This document shows, piece by piece, positions 12,817 to 26,301 of a stretch of 64,000 nt of DNA. The stretch spans positions 16,120,001 through 16,184,000 of the forward strand of contig OZ249451.1 in the NCBI GenBank assembly GCA_965235115.1. The letters are read 5' to 3'. The position numbers and the translations under genes were made by a program. This DNA is from Laetmonice hystrix (Eukaryota). The notes under the pieces were generated by a model. That model saw only the letters and a program-made list of their open reading frames with translations. It was not told where the DNA came from and ran no database searches. Each line of letters begins with the position of its first letter. Position 1 is the stretch's first letter.

Positions 12817-12966
12817 CTTGTATTTGTTTGTTGATGACGAGTCCCCTGTTCGCCCCACCTCCCTGATGTTCGACCTTGGTGTCATCGATGTTAGTTTTGG
12901 GAACCTTCTCTATCTTGATGCACGTTGTCCGACCTTTCTTTGTCGGCGTCATTACAATCTTCTCAT
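12817..12966 (-). CDS. Internal exon (DEKIVMTPTKKGRTTCIKIEKVPKTNIDDTKVEHQGGGANRGLVINKQIQ)
   Basis: Acceptor tacttttgttacag| and donor |GTAAGA; 150 nt, phase 1-1. Confidence 0.8.
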
Positions 12967-13700
12967 CTGTAACAAAAGTAGACACAAAATGATTTCTTTT
13001 TATCATCTTCCAATTCATTGTTTGTATATACATGTATTTGAAAAGGTTCTAGTGTCTTATTCTTCACCATGCGAGAATAAAATGACTAACAAGATCTTGA
13101 CCCCTCAGGCCTTCTTCCGATGACCCCTCCGGACCCAACTGAGGCTCCCCTGTGACCCTGATCTGTTGTGACCCTGATTTAGGTCACGACCCCAGGCTGA
13201 GAACCCGATTTAATACATGTTTTAGCCTACAGCCACTGTAACCTACCGGTGGCGATTGCCAGGTGTAGGGATTCTGCAATAACATGTAACTCTAGGCCAG
13301 GGCAGCCATCTATAATTATAACTGGGTGTTTTGGGCAGTACGTGCCTCATCTCCTGGCCCCCCTTACAATAAACACACTGTCAAAATGTTGGACATTTTC
13401 CAAAGTCCTCATTCAACACAAATTATTTGTGAATGGGCTTGGTTCTACCGTATTGCCAGGGCACAACAATAATGCTGGTAGTGGTAGTGGTTTGGTTGAG
13501 GTTCATCTGGAGCTAATGAGGGCGATGGATTCCAAAAATAAACAGGGTGTGTACGGTTAGGGTTATCTATGGCTGGGAACCCCGGCGGGAGGGTAAGCTT
13601 TTAGTGGATTATCTCGGCCTAAGGATTGATTGAATGCTGGCATGATCGGTCACATCTACCTCAACAACCAGTTTGTTTTTACCAGTCTTCATACTTCAAC

Positions 13701-15290
13701 TGTACAACCTCTGCTACCTAGGGCAGATGTCAGCAGATGTCAGAGGTATGACCTGATAGCTGTACAACCTCTGCTACCTAGGGCAGATGTCAGAGGTATG
13801 ACCTGACAGGTGTACAACCTCTGCTACCTAGGGCAGATGTCAGAGTGATGACCTGACAGGTGTACAACCTCTGCTACCTAGGGCAGATGTCAGGGTCAGC
13901 ACCTGACAGCTGTACAACCTCTGCTACCTAGGGCAGATGTCAGGGTCAGCACCTGACAGCTGTACAACCTCTGCTACCTAGGGCAGATGTCAGGGTCAGC
14001 ACCTGACAGCTGTACAACCTCTGCTACCTAGGGCAGATGTCAGGGTCAGCACCTGACAGCTGTACAACCTCTGCTACCTAGGGCAGATGTCAGGGTCAGC
14101 ACCTGACAGCTGTACAACCTCTGCTACCTAGGGCAGATGTCAGGGTCAGCACCTGACAGCTGTACAACCTCTGCTACCTAGGGCAGATGTCAGGGTCAGC
14201 ACCTGACAGCTGTACAACCTCTGCTACCTAGGGCAGATGTCAGGGTCAGCACCTGACAGCTGTACAACCTCTGCTACCTAGGGCAGATGTCAGAGTCAGC
14301 ACCTGACAGCTGTACAACCTCTGCTACCTAGGGCAGATGTCAGAGTCACGATCTGACAGCTGTACAACCTCTGCTACCTAGGGCAGATGTCAGGGTCAGC
14401 ACCTGACAGCTGTACAACCTCTGCTACCTAGGGCAGATGTCAGGGTCAGCACCTGACAGCTGTACAACCTCTGCTACCTAGGGCAGATGTCAGGGTCAGC
14501 ACCTGACAGCTGTACAACCTCTGCTACCTAGGGCAGATGTCAGGGTCAGCACCTGACAGCTGTACAACCTCTGCTACCTAGGGCAGATGTCAGGGTCAGC
14601 ACCTGACAGCTGTACAACCTCTGCTACCTAGGGCAGATGTCAGAGTCAGCACCTGACAGCTGTACAACCTCTGCTACCTAGGGCAGATGTCAGAGTCACG
14701 ATCTGACAGCTGTACAACCTCTGCTACCTAGGGCAGATGTCAGGGTCAGCACCTGACAGCTGTACAACCTCTGCTACCTAGGGCAGATGTCAGGGTCAGC
14801 ACCTGACAGCTGTACAACCTCTGCTACCTAGGGCAGATGTCAGGGTCAGCACCTGACAGCTGTACAACCTCTGCTACCTAGGGCAGATGTCAGGGTCAGC
14901 ACCTGACAGCTGTACAACCTCTGCTACCTAGGGCAGATGTCAGAGTCAGCACCTGACAGCTGTACAACCTCTGCTACCTAGGGCAGATGTCAGAGTCAGC
15001 ACCTGACAGCTGTACAACCTCTGCTACCTAGGGCAGATGTCAGAGTCAGCACCTGACAGGTGTACAACCTCTGCTACCTAGGGCAGATGTCAGAGTCACG
15101 ACCTGACAGCTGTACAACCTCTGCTAGGGCAGATGTCAGAGGCATGACCTGACAGCTGTACAACCTCTGCTACCTAGGGCAGATGTCAGAGCCAGGACCT
15201 GACAGCTGTACACCCTCTGGTAAGGCAGATGTCAGTCATGACATGACAGAATGTACACTCTCTGGGATGTCAGATGTCAGAGTCACGATC
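13701..15290. repeat. 50-bp minisatellite, ~31 copies (tgtacaacctctgctacctagggcagatgtcagggtcagcacctgacagc)
   Basis: Direct reading; exact 50-bp period from 13761, degenerate units at both ends; intronic. Confidence 0.97.
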
Positions 15291-18200
15291 GACAATTACA
15301 AGGTGTGGTTGTGACATTGGATCATGGAACATACACTTTTACTCGTTTTACTCTGGATCACTTCCACTTGGCTCTTCCAAAGAATAGTTTGCCTACTTTC
15401 ACTTTTTATTTGCCATGAAGTGTGTCATATATCACCAACTCTAACAACTTCTCTCCTCCTTGACACCGTCTCTCACAGCCAGACAGCCACACACTCACAG
15501 CCCAGCCGGGCAGAGTTCAATATGTCCACTCAAACATCTCAGCAATCACAGCAAGTCCGAAGTCAACTCAACACCCAACACTGGGTGAGCTATAACAGCA
15601 ATTGTTATAACTGTGGCAGACTTGTGGAACCTGTGACTGTCTCAGTTGTCAAAGTTCTATATTAACACACGTAGCGACCCTGATCCAATCCCCCCGCAAT
15701 GACCACCCCATCATCTGGCGGCCGGTGACATCCATTCACTCTGAGATATACGATGTTTACATAGGCCGCACCCAATCAGAGATTGGCGATCCCATCACAA
15801 CCTAACCCCTCACACATCCTAGTAACGACTTGATTTCCTCCTGCAGACAGCCACTCTCCCAGCCGAGGGGAGAAGCAATCAGTGTTACTTGAAGAATCTC
15901 CCAGACGAGGATCGTGTTTCTATAGTTACGTTTTACACGTGTTCCCGGCTGTCAGCACGCACGTGTATGACTCAGTACACGGCGGGTCGTGGGTAGGTGG
16001 GTGTTGGGATGCTGGGAGTTCCCAGACACCGTCATCATCACCACCACCCCCATTAGTCCACACCGTTACCATGGTAACAAAAAATCCCTACCCTCAACCG
16101 GACACATCTCTGAAAACGGCATTGTGTTTGACAAAACTTCACAATCCATGATACAACAATTATCGTTTTTTTCAGTACCCGTACCAATGCCGACGGTCGC
16201 CGATACATGAGGGTGAATTTCTATCCCGACCATATCCATGATAATGACAGCAAGGTTGTCATGAATACCATACAATATCAAACTGACTGGGCGCTGGGAT
16301 TTCCCCAGGTGATTGTCTTAAAGTCATCTTCTCCTCCTATTCACTGTTCCGGGGAAAACCCACATCTGAGACCGCCGTTACCATAGTAACCAGGAGGCAG
16401 GGACACTGAAAACCCAGTCGTGTAGCACCTGTCTCTGGTATGTCCCTGCCAAATTCACCACAACTTTCCTCTTTTTTGAGAGTATGTTGTATACATTTTG
16501 ACAGCGGTCCCGGCCATAAGAATGATCAGTAAATGTCATGTCTATTAGCTACAGAGCAGCCAATAGTTATTTAAATCGAGTGCATTTTTTCATGTACATA
16601 CACGTTCAAAGTATTGAAACCATTTCGTGAAAAACTTCTCCGTTTGACAAGATCAATGACTCTACTTTATAAACTTACTCTATAATAACACTTTGCAAAT
16701 CTGAGCTGAGCTAAAAGAAACTGCATAAAAGGAAGAACTAAGTGACCCGTGGTTAATGATCGTGCAGCGCCGGAGAATGAAGTCGGGACTTTCTCTGAAT
16801 GTAGTTCTCTTGGTGCTGCTCTGTGTTTTTTCCCAACTTCACCTCTTATTACTCTGGGAAATAATACATTAATATTGTTTTACACCAGGTTACCCGAGCT
16901 GGCAGAGTCTTCAAAATCAAGATCCTTTAGATTAGAGCACTTTTTTGTGATTTAAAATGAAAGTCTGCACATAAGTGGTCTTATTGGCTTCAGACTCCCT
17001 GGACCAGTGGTAAATAAAAAATTACTTTAGTTTGTGTGCCCCTAGTAACACAAGCTGGTAGAGTTTCAAAAGTTTCAAACGGAAAAATTAATGACAGCAA
17101 CATCGTATTGATTAAAGCAGATTTTTCAATTTTATTTATTTTTTTAGTGATTAATGAAATCCTGCATCCATTAAAAAACACTGGTCTCTGATGCTAAATG
17201 TTACTCTCTAAAAAAACAGTAATCCATCCATTTATTCATTCCTCATGAATTCCGAAGTCTCATGCATGGCTAAGTTACTATCCAGTCAAATCCAGTGCCA
17301 GGGTTTCCAGTATAACCCCTCCAGGCATTCTATTAACCCCCTGTGTACTACCTTTATCTCCATGGAGTCCCCCTATATCTAGACAAAGACGCACCCCCTC
17401 CTGTCACACCTGTGTTCAGGCAGTGATGACTCAGATAGTCTCTCTTTGATCCACCCTCACCTGTCTTTGTCTACAGATCACAGTACCAATCCCTCCTTGA
17501 GATCTCTCACCCAGACACCCCAGGTACACCTGCACTTATATACACTGCAGATCGGCTGGATACTAGATCCTAAGTGGTTTCATTTAGGGCCGTACCAATA
17601 CTCGACCCAGCCAGTGCCACTGGGGCATGGCCGGTCTGGCCACCTACTGGTGAACTTAGGTAACAAACAATGTCTGATCACTCGGTGGTCTACAGGGTCG
17701 CAGCCCTCGGAAACTGAAAGGAGCTCAAAAAACGGAGTCGGTATTTTGTGCTAATTGGCCTTCAGAAGTAGGCTACAACGAAAACCACTTCCCGGTCCTG
17801 GGCAAGTCAACCCCGCAGGATATTTCTACATACATGTCGTTTTTTTCGTAATGACAGAGGGCTTTGCTGGGGAACTTCAAGGGGTACATATATTTCAATG
17901 AACCTTAACCTTTCTCGGACTCAAGCTGGTCTCAAGGGGACCGTGGATGTGACGCCTCCCGAGGAGCGAATCTATGGTCACAGTGACCGATTGCAGGCCA
18001 CTCACGATCATCTGTCACCGATCTGTGGATCACCAGCAGGTCTTTGTGTGTTCTGATCCCCCCCGGGTAGAAATCCATCCCTCATGTCAGTACGGCACTC
18101 CTGGCGACACCTTGACTCAGTAAACACCGAGTCGTGCACACCTGGGGCCATGCTGGATTCGCTTCTTTTTTCATATTGCCATATTTCAAAGGATCATTTT

Positions 18201-18856
18201 TTTCTGGGCAGTCTGACAACAGACCTTTCACAGCATGCTGCAGATGTAGCACCATGTACCGGATCCTTTTTTTGTGGAGGAATGGGGATAATTTCAGTGA
18301 GGTTTTCACCTGAGAGCTTCGATTTCCAGTCCAGTGTGAAACTACCATAAACACACAAAACACCCCCACCTCGTTTAATCACCCCTACCCCAAGCCCCGG
18401 ATGTCAAACAGAGGGGTGACTCACACCTGTGGTCACTGACCCAAGACTGACACCAACAGAACACCAGGTCAACAACCCCACCTGACCCAATCCCCTATAG
18501 AACCATCTCAATGTGACCACCCACCCATCCTCGTGTCACTGTGACCCCTGGCCATACCTACCCCACCTTCAGCCACTCTGAGGTCACCAGACTGCTCTAT
18601 CAATAACCAATCTTGAGTTGAACTAAACTTAGAGAAACCTTCACTTGGGCCACACCGGCTAGACATACACAAGGGTCACTGACAGGCCACAAAGGGTGAT
18701 ATTCAAAGGTTCTAACTAGGCATTTCTGTGACCTTGACCTCCTCATCAAAGGTCATCAAAGGTCAAACGTTCAAGATGTTCCTGTCTCATTTCTTTAACT
18801 TGTCGCAATCTGATTTATGGCAGAAATGTATACCGGTACTTCACTTTTTCCGGACA

Positions 18857-19135
18857 TGGAATTTCAACAAGGTTACTGTCAACTTTCCAGCTTTCGCCCC
18901 ATGGAAATGCAACAACTGTCAGTCACCTTTCCAACATGGGCCCCATGGAAATTCAACAAAGTTCTGTCAGTCACCTTTCCATCATTCGACCCATGGAAAT
19001 TCAATAACTGTCAATCACCTTTCCAACATGGGCCCCATGGAAATTCAACAACTGTCAGTCACCTTTCCAACATGGGCCCCATGAAAATTCAACAGGAGTC
19101 TATCACTGCCCGTCACCTTTTCCAACACTCGCCCC
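18857..19135. repeat. ~44-bp degenerate tandem repeat, ~6 copies
   Basis: Unit atggaaattcaacaactgtcagtcacctttccaacatgggcccc; accounts for the repetitive ORFs 18728-19320. Confidence 0.85.
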
Positions 19136-19799
19136 GGTTCAACATGAACATGAGATGGAGCCGAGGCAAGTGTGACTACCCTCACCCCTATGTCATCAAG
19201 TCACGACTAACATGCTTCCATGACCGTCCCAATCCTGAATTACATGTTACAAAGCATGTGATTGCCCTTGTAATAGGTCACTTGTCTTATTACCCGTACA
19301 CAATCCGCCCCCAAACCTGAACAAACTGTACATTTTCTGTATTTATACCACAAATATTCTACTGTGTCCTCACAATAGAATTGCTAAGAACAGGAGACTA
19401 GGTCCTGACAGAGGACAGCCTGTTTCAGACAGTGCTGGGCGGGGCATGAAGTCGTAGGACGTCCATTCTACTCCCACTAGTATCATGGTTATTGTGGCCT
19501 AGATGATTCTCTATGATCCGAAAACATTGCCCTGACCTGTTGCGGTTTGCCCCACTTTTTATGCTGGATGGGAGGCATTGTCAGCGACACCGCACCCCCA
19601 GCACATGGCTATATGCTGACAACATGTGGTGGTCGGGTTGGCACGGCCCTGGCACAGCCATTCACAACTTGGTGGGAGTGCGGGGAGGGGTCCGGGTGGG
19701 GGGTGCCAACCCCCGGCCAGGGCTCAAAACACGACAAGGAGATAAGTAATCTACTACCGCTCACAAGCTCCTCTACTGGTTGCCATGGCAATGAGAAGC

Positions 19800-21190
19800 T
19801 CATCTTCCCACTGCTATCCCATTCTTATCATACTCGTCTTCCACGTGAATCCCAATAAATGCCTGGGCAGTCAGACATGTGGTCATAATGACAAGGACTG
19901 ACCGAGCCAGAGCCCTTACAATCACGTTTCCTTCACTTTCTCTGCAGTCCTCAATTGAACAAGTCACCTGACACTCTCTCGGGTTAATCAAGCAAGAGTT
20001 TAATTTTTCCCGTTTTGGAAGTTTTACTGGGCCTTTTCTTCATTAAAATCCACATTCAAAAGCGATTGACAGAAAGTGATGCGACAAGACTAACACTCAG
20101 TCGAGGGTTATACAGGTGTAGGAGAGGTAGAGGTAAGTGCCATCAACTGAAACCTACAATGCTAAATATCTGATAGTAAACGCCACCTTTTCCGCGCGAA
20201 CTAACTTTTGTAAAGTTCTTTTATTATTCAATGAATGAACTTCAAATAGAAAACACATGAGTCAATTTTCGAGAGTCATGGTGCTATGTTTTAAATCTTT
20301 GTCAAAAGATAGCTTGGATCCCGGAACCTTCTTCTAGATCAGATTCAAGATAGACCTCCGAGAAAATTACACCAAGACCAGACACTTCACGGACAAACTG
20401 GACAGGAAGGTTTTTATCCTGCCAACCTGCAGCACTTAGAAACCAAACAATTCCCCTGTACGGGGTACTGGCAACCGTAGTACCTACCTGAGCAAGGTAA
20501 ACATACTCTGGGAAAACTCTTTTAGTTCTGACAACCAATGTTTGCACAGTCATCACCCTATCATAAAACTGAAATAGAAATAACGAAATGACACTTTAAT
20601 AACACCCATAATCCTTTAAGTCTGGACTTGCCCACAGGGCATGTTTTGTCTTGGTGAGTTTAAACACAGCCGATGAGGAACACCAACCTATCTTCTGAGA
20701 GTCGAGACGGATGACATGGGAACTTTGACCCACTGACCTAGACTCTGGTGGGTCCAAGCTCCCTGCCCTATTTCCATTTGATCCGTCTGTGAATTCCTGA
20801 ACATTTTGCTGGATAACTTCTTCCTAGCTATCATATGACCATGAATGATAAGGATCTCAAATATACAATTAGTATAATTTTTATACAAATTTGCATGCTG
20901 CCAAAAAGCTAAAGTTACTTTTGCCTGATGTTGGAAATTCTTCTGAGACAGAACGTAACCATCTCAGGGGGTTCACTTTTATAGAACTTTTTTTTATAGA
21001 AGATTATTCATCCGGAAAATAATTTTAAGTAAGTGAATTTTGGTGAAATCGTATTCAAGCAACCAGTTTTTCAATGTGTTGGTTGAAGGAAGTTGGTTGA
21101 GATACGGTTTAATCTGTCCCATGCTCGGATCCCACTGAAGGTCTTTCAAGAGAGTTCCAGCCGACACTGATACAGTCTCTGGTTTATCCT
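19800..21190 (-). mobile_element. Possible decayed ISL2EU/Harbinger-type DDE transposase remnant
   Basis: Broken frames give VASTPYRGIVWFLSAAGWQDKNLPVQFVREVSG (recalled ISL2EU pattern: ACTPNGAISFLS.A.GGR.SD..IVRESG), YLNQLPSTNTLKNWLLEY and FIGIHVE (RIHVE). Resemblance from memory only; no TIRs found. Confidence 0.35.
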
Positions 21191-21536
21191 ACCCCTAAAC
21201 CACAACACTTCATTACACAAGACTTTACTTCATGATACCAGTCTGCTTGGTCCATCCACCTCTAGTACCACCTGTGTGACGATTGGCTCATCCAATCAAT
21301 AAACAACCAATCAATACTATCAGAAGTGTCCCCAGGAAATGGGTCAGATCGTGCCACACCCCTTCCCTTCTCTGTGTCTGCAGGAAACAGGCCACCCCCG
21401 CACCGCCCACCCCACCCTTCACCCCCAACCCGACATCCCCCCCCCCAATCCTTCTCTGCCCTTCATACCTGGCCAAGCCAATGTAAACCACACAATCAAT
21501 ACCATCTTGGCGACCTTGACTTGAGGTCATGCCATT

Positions 21537-21689
21537 ATGCCATCAGCGGTCTGCCACCCTCCCTACTCCATGTCAAGTCCTGTAGTGTCACCTGGTTCTG
21601 AAACCTGCACTGATGCCATCAGCGGTCTGCCACCCTCCCTACTCCATGTCAAGTCCTGTAGTGTCACCTGGTTCTGAAACCTGCACTGA
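21537..21689. repeat. 76-bp direct tandem duplication
   Basis: Two identical copies starting at 21537 and 21613. Confidence 0.95.
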
Positions 21690-24600
21690 CAACATCCACC
21701 TACAAGATCACCGACCTCAATTAATGGTAGGCAGGAAATCTGGTCCTGACCGATCTGTCCGACTGTTGAACGCTACCTGTCTGAGGTAACGGTCTGGTAT
21801 GTGTTAGATTGATATGGTGGCCAGAACAACCAGAGCCAGGCGGCTTTCAGACAGTAAGCCAGGCCAGCAGGCAGCCTTCCCTCAGCCAGGCGCCTTTGAA
21901 CCAGGCGCAGCCCAATCAGAACATTGTACCATAAGTCTCCCATGGTAAAAACCACTATCACAATTAGCCTAAGCATACTTTAGAACAGGCTGCTAATTAA
22001 TTACCCCATGACATTTGGCTGTGATGGAAGTACCGGTAGGTCATTTAGCAAAACATCTGATGCTTGTTTAAAACAAGATCAAAGAGACTGACTCTGCCAC
22101 CGACAGCCAGCTGTAGGCCACAGAATGGAGAGATTGACCGGGGACTCCGGTAACCTGCAGCAAGCCACTATCTACGGGAATGATCACTTGAAATATATAT
22201 AAAAAAATATAGTCAACGAATTATCTCCATTCTGTCTTTGCAATTTTGGGCTATCGTAGGACACATGCCCTCAAAGTACATGTATAATGTAGAATAATTT
22301 AGCGTCTTGCTTTTAGTACATAATATTGCTCAGGAAGTAGCTTCAATGTTTCATACGCGGTACCATGATGCCAGTGTGAGCACTATTTAAAAACGAAATG
22401 ATGTAATGACCGCAGACTGGGGTACCATAAATGTATGTGTTATGGTACGGTAATACGGCCTTGTACACAACATGTATGTGCTGGGTACAAGGGGATTATA
22501 CCATGGAGATTATCTACTGATTACCTCTGGCAATATCGACCACATCTACCGGCCACAGACGGGAGATTTATACGCTTTGCCTACAGGTACAAACATACCA
22601 GGCAGTACTACAACATGACTAGCATCATAATTTAATGGATTATTATTAGATCTTGCAAAGGCTGAATTTGCTGTATACTTTTCTGAAAACGAAAGCACGG
22701 CCTTGCACTTGTAGTAACAATGGCGTCATCTTTTGTGGCACCCCCACTTCCCCCCCCCCCCCGTACAGTTTTATACCAACCCCAGCGACCAAATCCCCAC
22801 TCTCCGACAAACCATCAACCCACACTGCCGCTACCAACCACTGTTTGACAACCACTCCACGAGCCCCACCAGCTTCCACAGTGCTCTTAGAATTTCGTGT
22901 TTTCGTAAGATCATTTGAATCTTTTCATGAAACTTCGGAGACTGTTTGAAAGACGTGCCCAGGCTGGGTGCGGATGCGTGGGTGCCCCCCCCTCCCCACC
23001 CCCAGACAGCACAGGGCACCGGGTGCAATATTTGATACCAATCCCATTCCCCTGTCAGATTTATGCACGTGCTGGTATTTATAACCCCACCACACGCGCC
23101 CATGTTTGCGAACAGAACACAACGCTCTGCTGAACGCCATGACAATACCTTAGATCATCAAAAAACACCGGAACAAAACGGATCATATTCAGTGCATGTC
23201 CCAGGGTACCATTCTCCTAAACGAGGGGGACTAATGACCCATCCCTAGACAACTTGCCGGGAATATTGACGACCCCTTCCTACTTCCTGATGCTGTCTGA
23301 TAACAATTCCTAAACACACATGTAATCCGTTGTCTGGTACAACATTCCCTCATCCCCTCGCCCCGCCAGCCGGCCAGTTCTATGGTAGTTGGAACCACAA
23401 GCCAACAAACCCCCAGTCGGCTTGCACAGCACCCCCCCCCCCCCCCCTAAACGGCACAACAAATAGTTTCATGTTTCACATCTCCCTCAATTTAGTTGTC
23501 ATATTGACGGGCTGCATGCATATCTCTCCCTCGATCTCTGCCTATAAACACCCACATCAAAGCAGCGTTCCCAGTCTCAGCTCTACAAAAAAAATATACT
23601 TACATATTGTGTGATGAGAGGGTTCTGTGCCAGTATTGACAACATTTCTCCAAATTGATGGATAATTGATCTTTAGAGCATGGGTTCTACCTCTGCTGTC
23701 AGAATAAATTTGGTCAAACACTCAAAATATGAACGTTTAAGGATCCGATTCCCAGACTTGGGTTGAGCGATATGCCTGGTTTCAAAGTGAGTTTGGGCAA
23801 TGGCTATGGGACGTTACCATCATCCACTTTACATTCTGACATTTGTACTGAAGTTCTGACAAAATATTGGTGTGTACACACAATGTCAAAGTATATTTGA
23901 TGGCTTCCAATAAAATGAGTCCGGGTTAACTCATTATTGTGCCAGTTATTCCCATGATGACAAAAACCATCTGTTTCTATGACAACAAAGTAGCAGGGGG
24001 GCATCTAAGTTAATTATATGATCTTTGTGACAACAGGTCACGACAAAACCAGCTTTGATGAATGAGTATTTAATGAGTTATACCAGTGAGACAAATCTCG
24101 ACTAGTATAACATTAGTGACTAAAATTTATGTGAGACTGAGTCAGAAACAACGGTGAGTCATACCTACATGTTTTCATTTAACTCACTTTAAATGGTACT
24201 CTATGACTCTAACTTCATGATCAAATAAAACGGAACTCTTAGTACCGATTCCACCACATCTGAAACTGGAACTAGGACTCCCCACCAGTTTTACCTATTT
24301 CTGTAAAATCCTGGTTGGTGTTGAGAGTCAGAAAGAAGTTACGACTGCGTTCTTTCACTGAGTTGTACCCTCACTCATCGCCCATGACAGCAATGTGAGT
24401 GGGACCCAAGCACATGGCATGTGTGTGGCGGGGGTGGGGTGGGAGGCTTGGGAAACAGGGTGTTGGGTTGGAGCAACGAGTATAGAATACTCGTTGGTTG
24501 GAGAGACTGGAATATGGAGATGATAGTAGGGTGTTTAGCGAAGGGCATGCTCTTCACCGCTGAAGATATACACATGCCTGGTTTTCTGACCTCAAAGATT

Positions 24601-25655
24601 ACAGAAAACAACATCAGAATCCATGACGTGGATAGGGTGGTGTGGTTTGTGGTACCGATATTAACATGACGTAGGGTACGGTAAACACCCCTACATTCCT
24701 ACCCCTCCCCAATAACCACCCTGTGTAGTTACGGCTATGTAACACCCCTGATTAATTACCCCTGTGTGTTTTCAGTACCACTGCCCTGTCCCTACATGCC
24801 CCCTGCCCAGCCAACCCCCACCACCACCAGATCCACACACCCCTACGATCTGACCCTAAGATCTGACCCAGGTCTGACCATCCCAACTGTACCTACCGGG
24901 GTATTCATTCATCACCCCCGCCCCCACACAACAGGTGTTAGTCCAGCTGGCCACTGGCTGACACTGACCACCGCATTGCCATGGCAACATGAGATTAAGG
25001 GTGGCGGTGGTATTTTAGATATTATCTTGACCAGATACCTGACTGGCCTGGTGGGGTCTGATCACCCGGGCAGATTCCACAATCTGTACAAACCACACAA
25101 CTACATACATACATACATATATATATGTAGGTGAATTGCCAGAAGGATTCAAAGGTCGGTCAGCACGCTAAGTAGGTGGCTCCACACATGTAAATGAATG
25201 ATGCAGGGCACATCGCAGACATGAACAGGAGAAAATATCCAAATCGCTGAAACTTATGATTCTGTGGCCAAAGGTAGAAAAAACTCAAAAATTGGACACA
25301 AATTTAGTGCTTTTTTTTGTGGCATTTCAATCTAAAAAAGGGAACTCCGCGAATCTGCAGAAAATGTTCATATCAGCATGGATCCCATAAAGATGATATG
25401 GAAGTACCGCCTTACAAACGCCTATCCTCTCCGCCCGTCGTCTAAAAACATCCCCCACCAAACCAGATCTTTACATCCAGAACATCTGAATTCACCCTTC
25501 TACAGAAAGTTTCACCCTTACCCTTATATAAATATTAAACACCTGCCCTCAGCTTCATGCTGAATACCTCCCCTGACACCTATCAACATGAGAACCCTTC
25601 CCGCCCCTACCCCTGACTGTACCTGATCCCAGCGCCTATCACAGTCATATCTTAC

Positions 25656-25671
25656 CTGCTGGTTCCGCCAT
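25656..25671 (-). CDS. Candidate first coding exon (MAEPA) of the PNP-like gene
   Basis: caagATGGCGGAACCAGCAG|GTAAGA: strong Kozak/YY1-like context, consensus donor, phase 1 matching exon 12817-12966, CpG-rich surroundings. Implies a 12.7-kb intron. Confidence 0.6.
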
Positions 25672-26301
25672 CTTGCCGGGTGTGTCGGTGGAAATCCCTG
25701 AGGTACAATCGTGAGAATCGTCGGGTGGAGGCACAGGTCAGGAGGTCACCGCTTACTGAAAACACCAAAATAAATATATGTAACAAAATATAACTGAGCA
25801 ATGTTGAAAACAAAAACCATCGATATTTTTAGACAAATAAAATTCATAGATTGAATTTTGTAACATACTTCGGTCAGACAAAGATGAACCCAAAGTTCAT
25901 CTGGGTAAGCGTCTAGAAAGCGTGCTACATCAAACCACACTGAAAGATGTGAGATTTTAGTCCTCACTTTAATATAAACCCGGCACGTGTCATGATGGAA
26001 TGATGTCAGGTTCCTGTCGGTACCAAGGTTCCGGATGACTGGTCTGTCACGTTCTGGGTCACGGGTCACTCAGAACATTCGTTACAACTTTCGCCCATTA
26101 AATCATCATTCAAGGCTCTCCATACCCAAGGTTTAGAAAGTTGGTCACTGTGACCTAGATTTCAAAGGAATTTTTTTTTTTTTTTTTCATTATTTCATGG
26201 TAATCTTTAGGGCGCAGAGGAACACCATAATTATTAAATCAGAGCGATGTATCCCTGGGTTCTTGAAGTATGTATGACTCGGTATGTCGGATTCTCGTGT
26301 G

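Noticed and set aside
13701-15290. CRISPR-like array (constant repeat with a variable segment)
   Set aside because: The variable part is only ~9 nt and recurs identically, the context is a eukaryotic intron, and there are no cas genes.
16777-16872. Signal-peptide-like short ORF MKSGLSLNVVLLVLLCVFSQLHLLLLWEIIH on the + strand
   Set aside because: It stops after 31 codons, has no clear donor, and T-rich intronic DNA readily yields hydrophobic runs.
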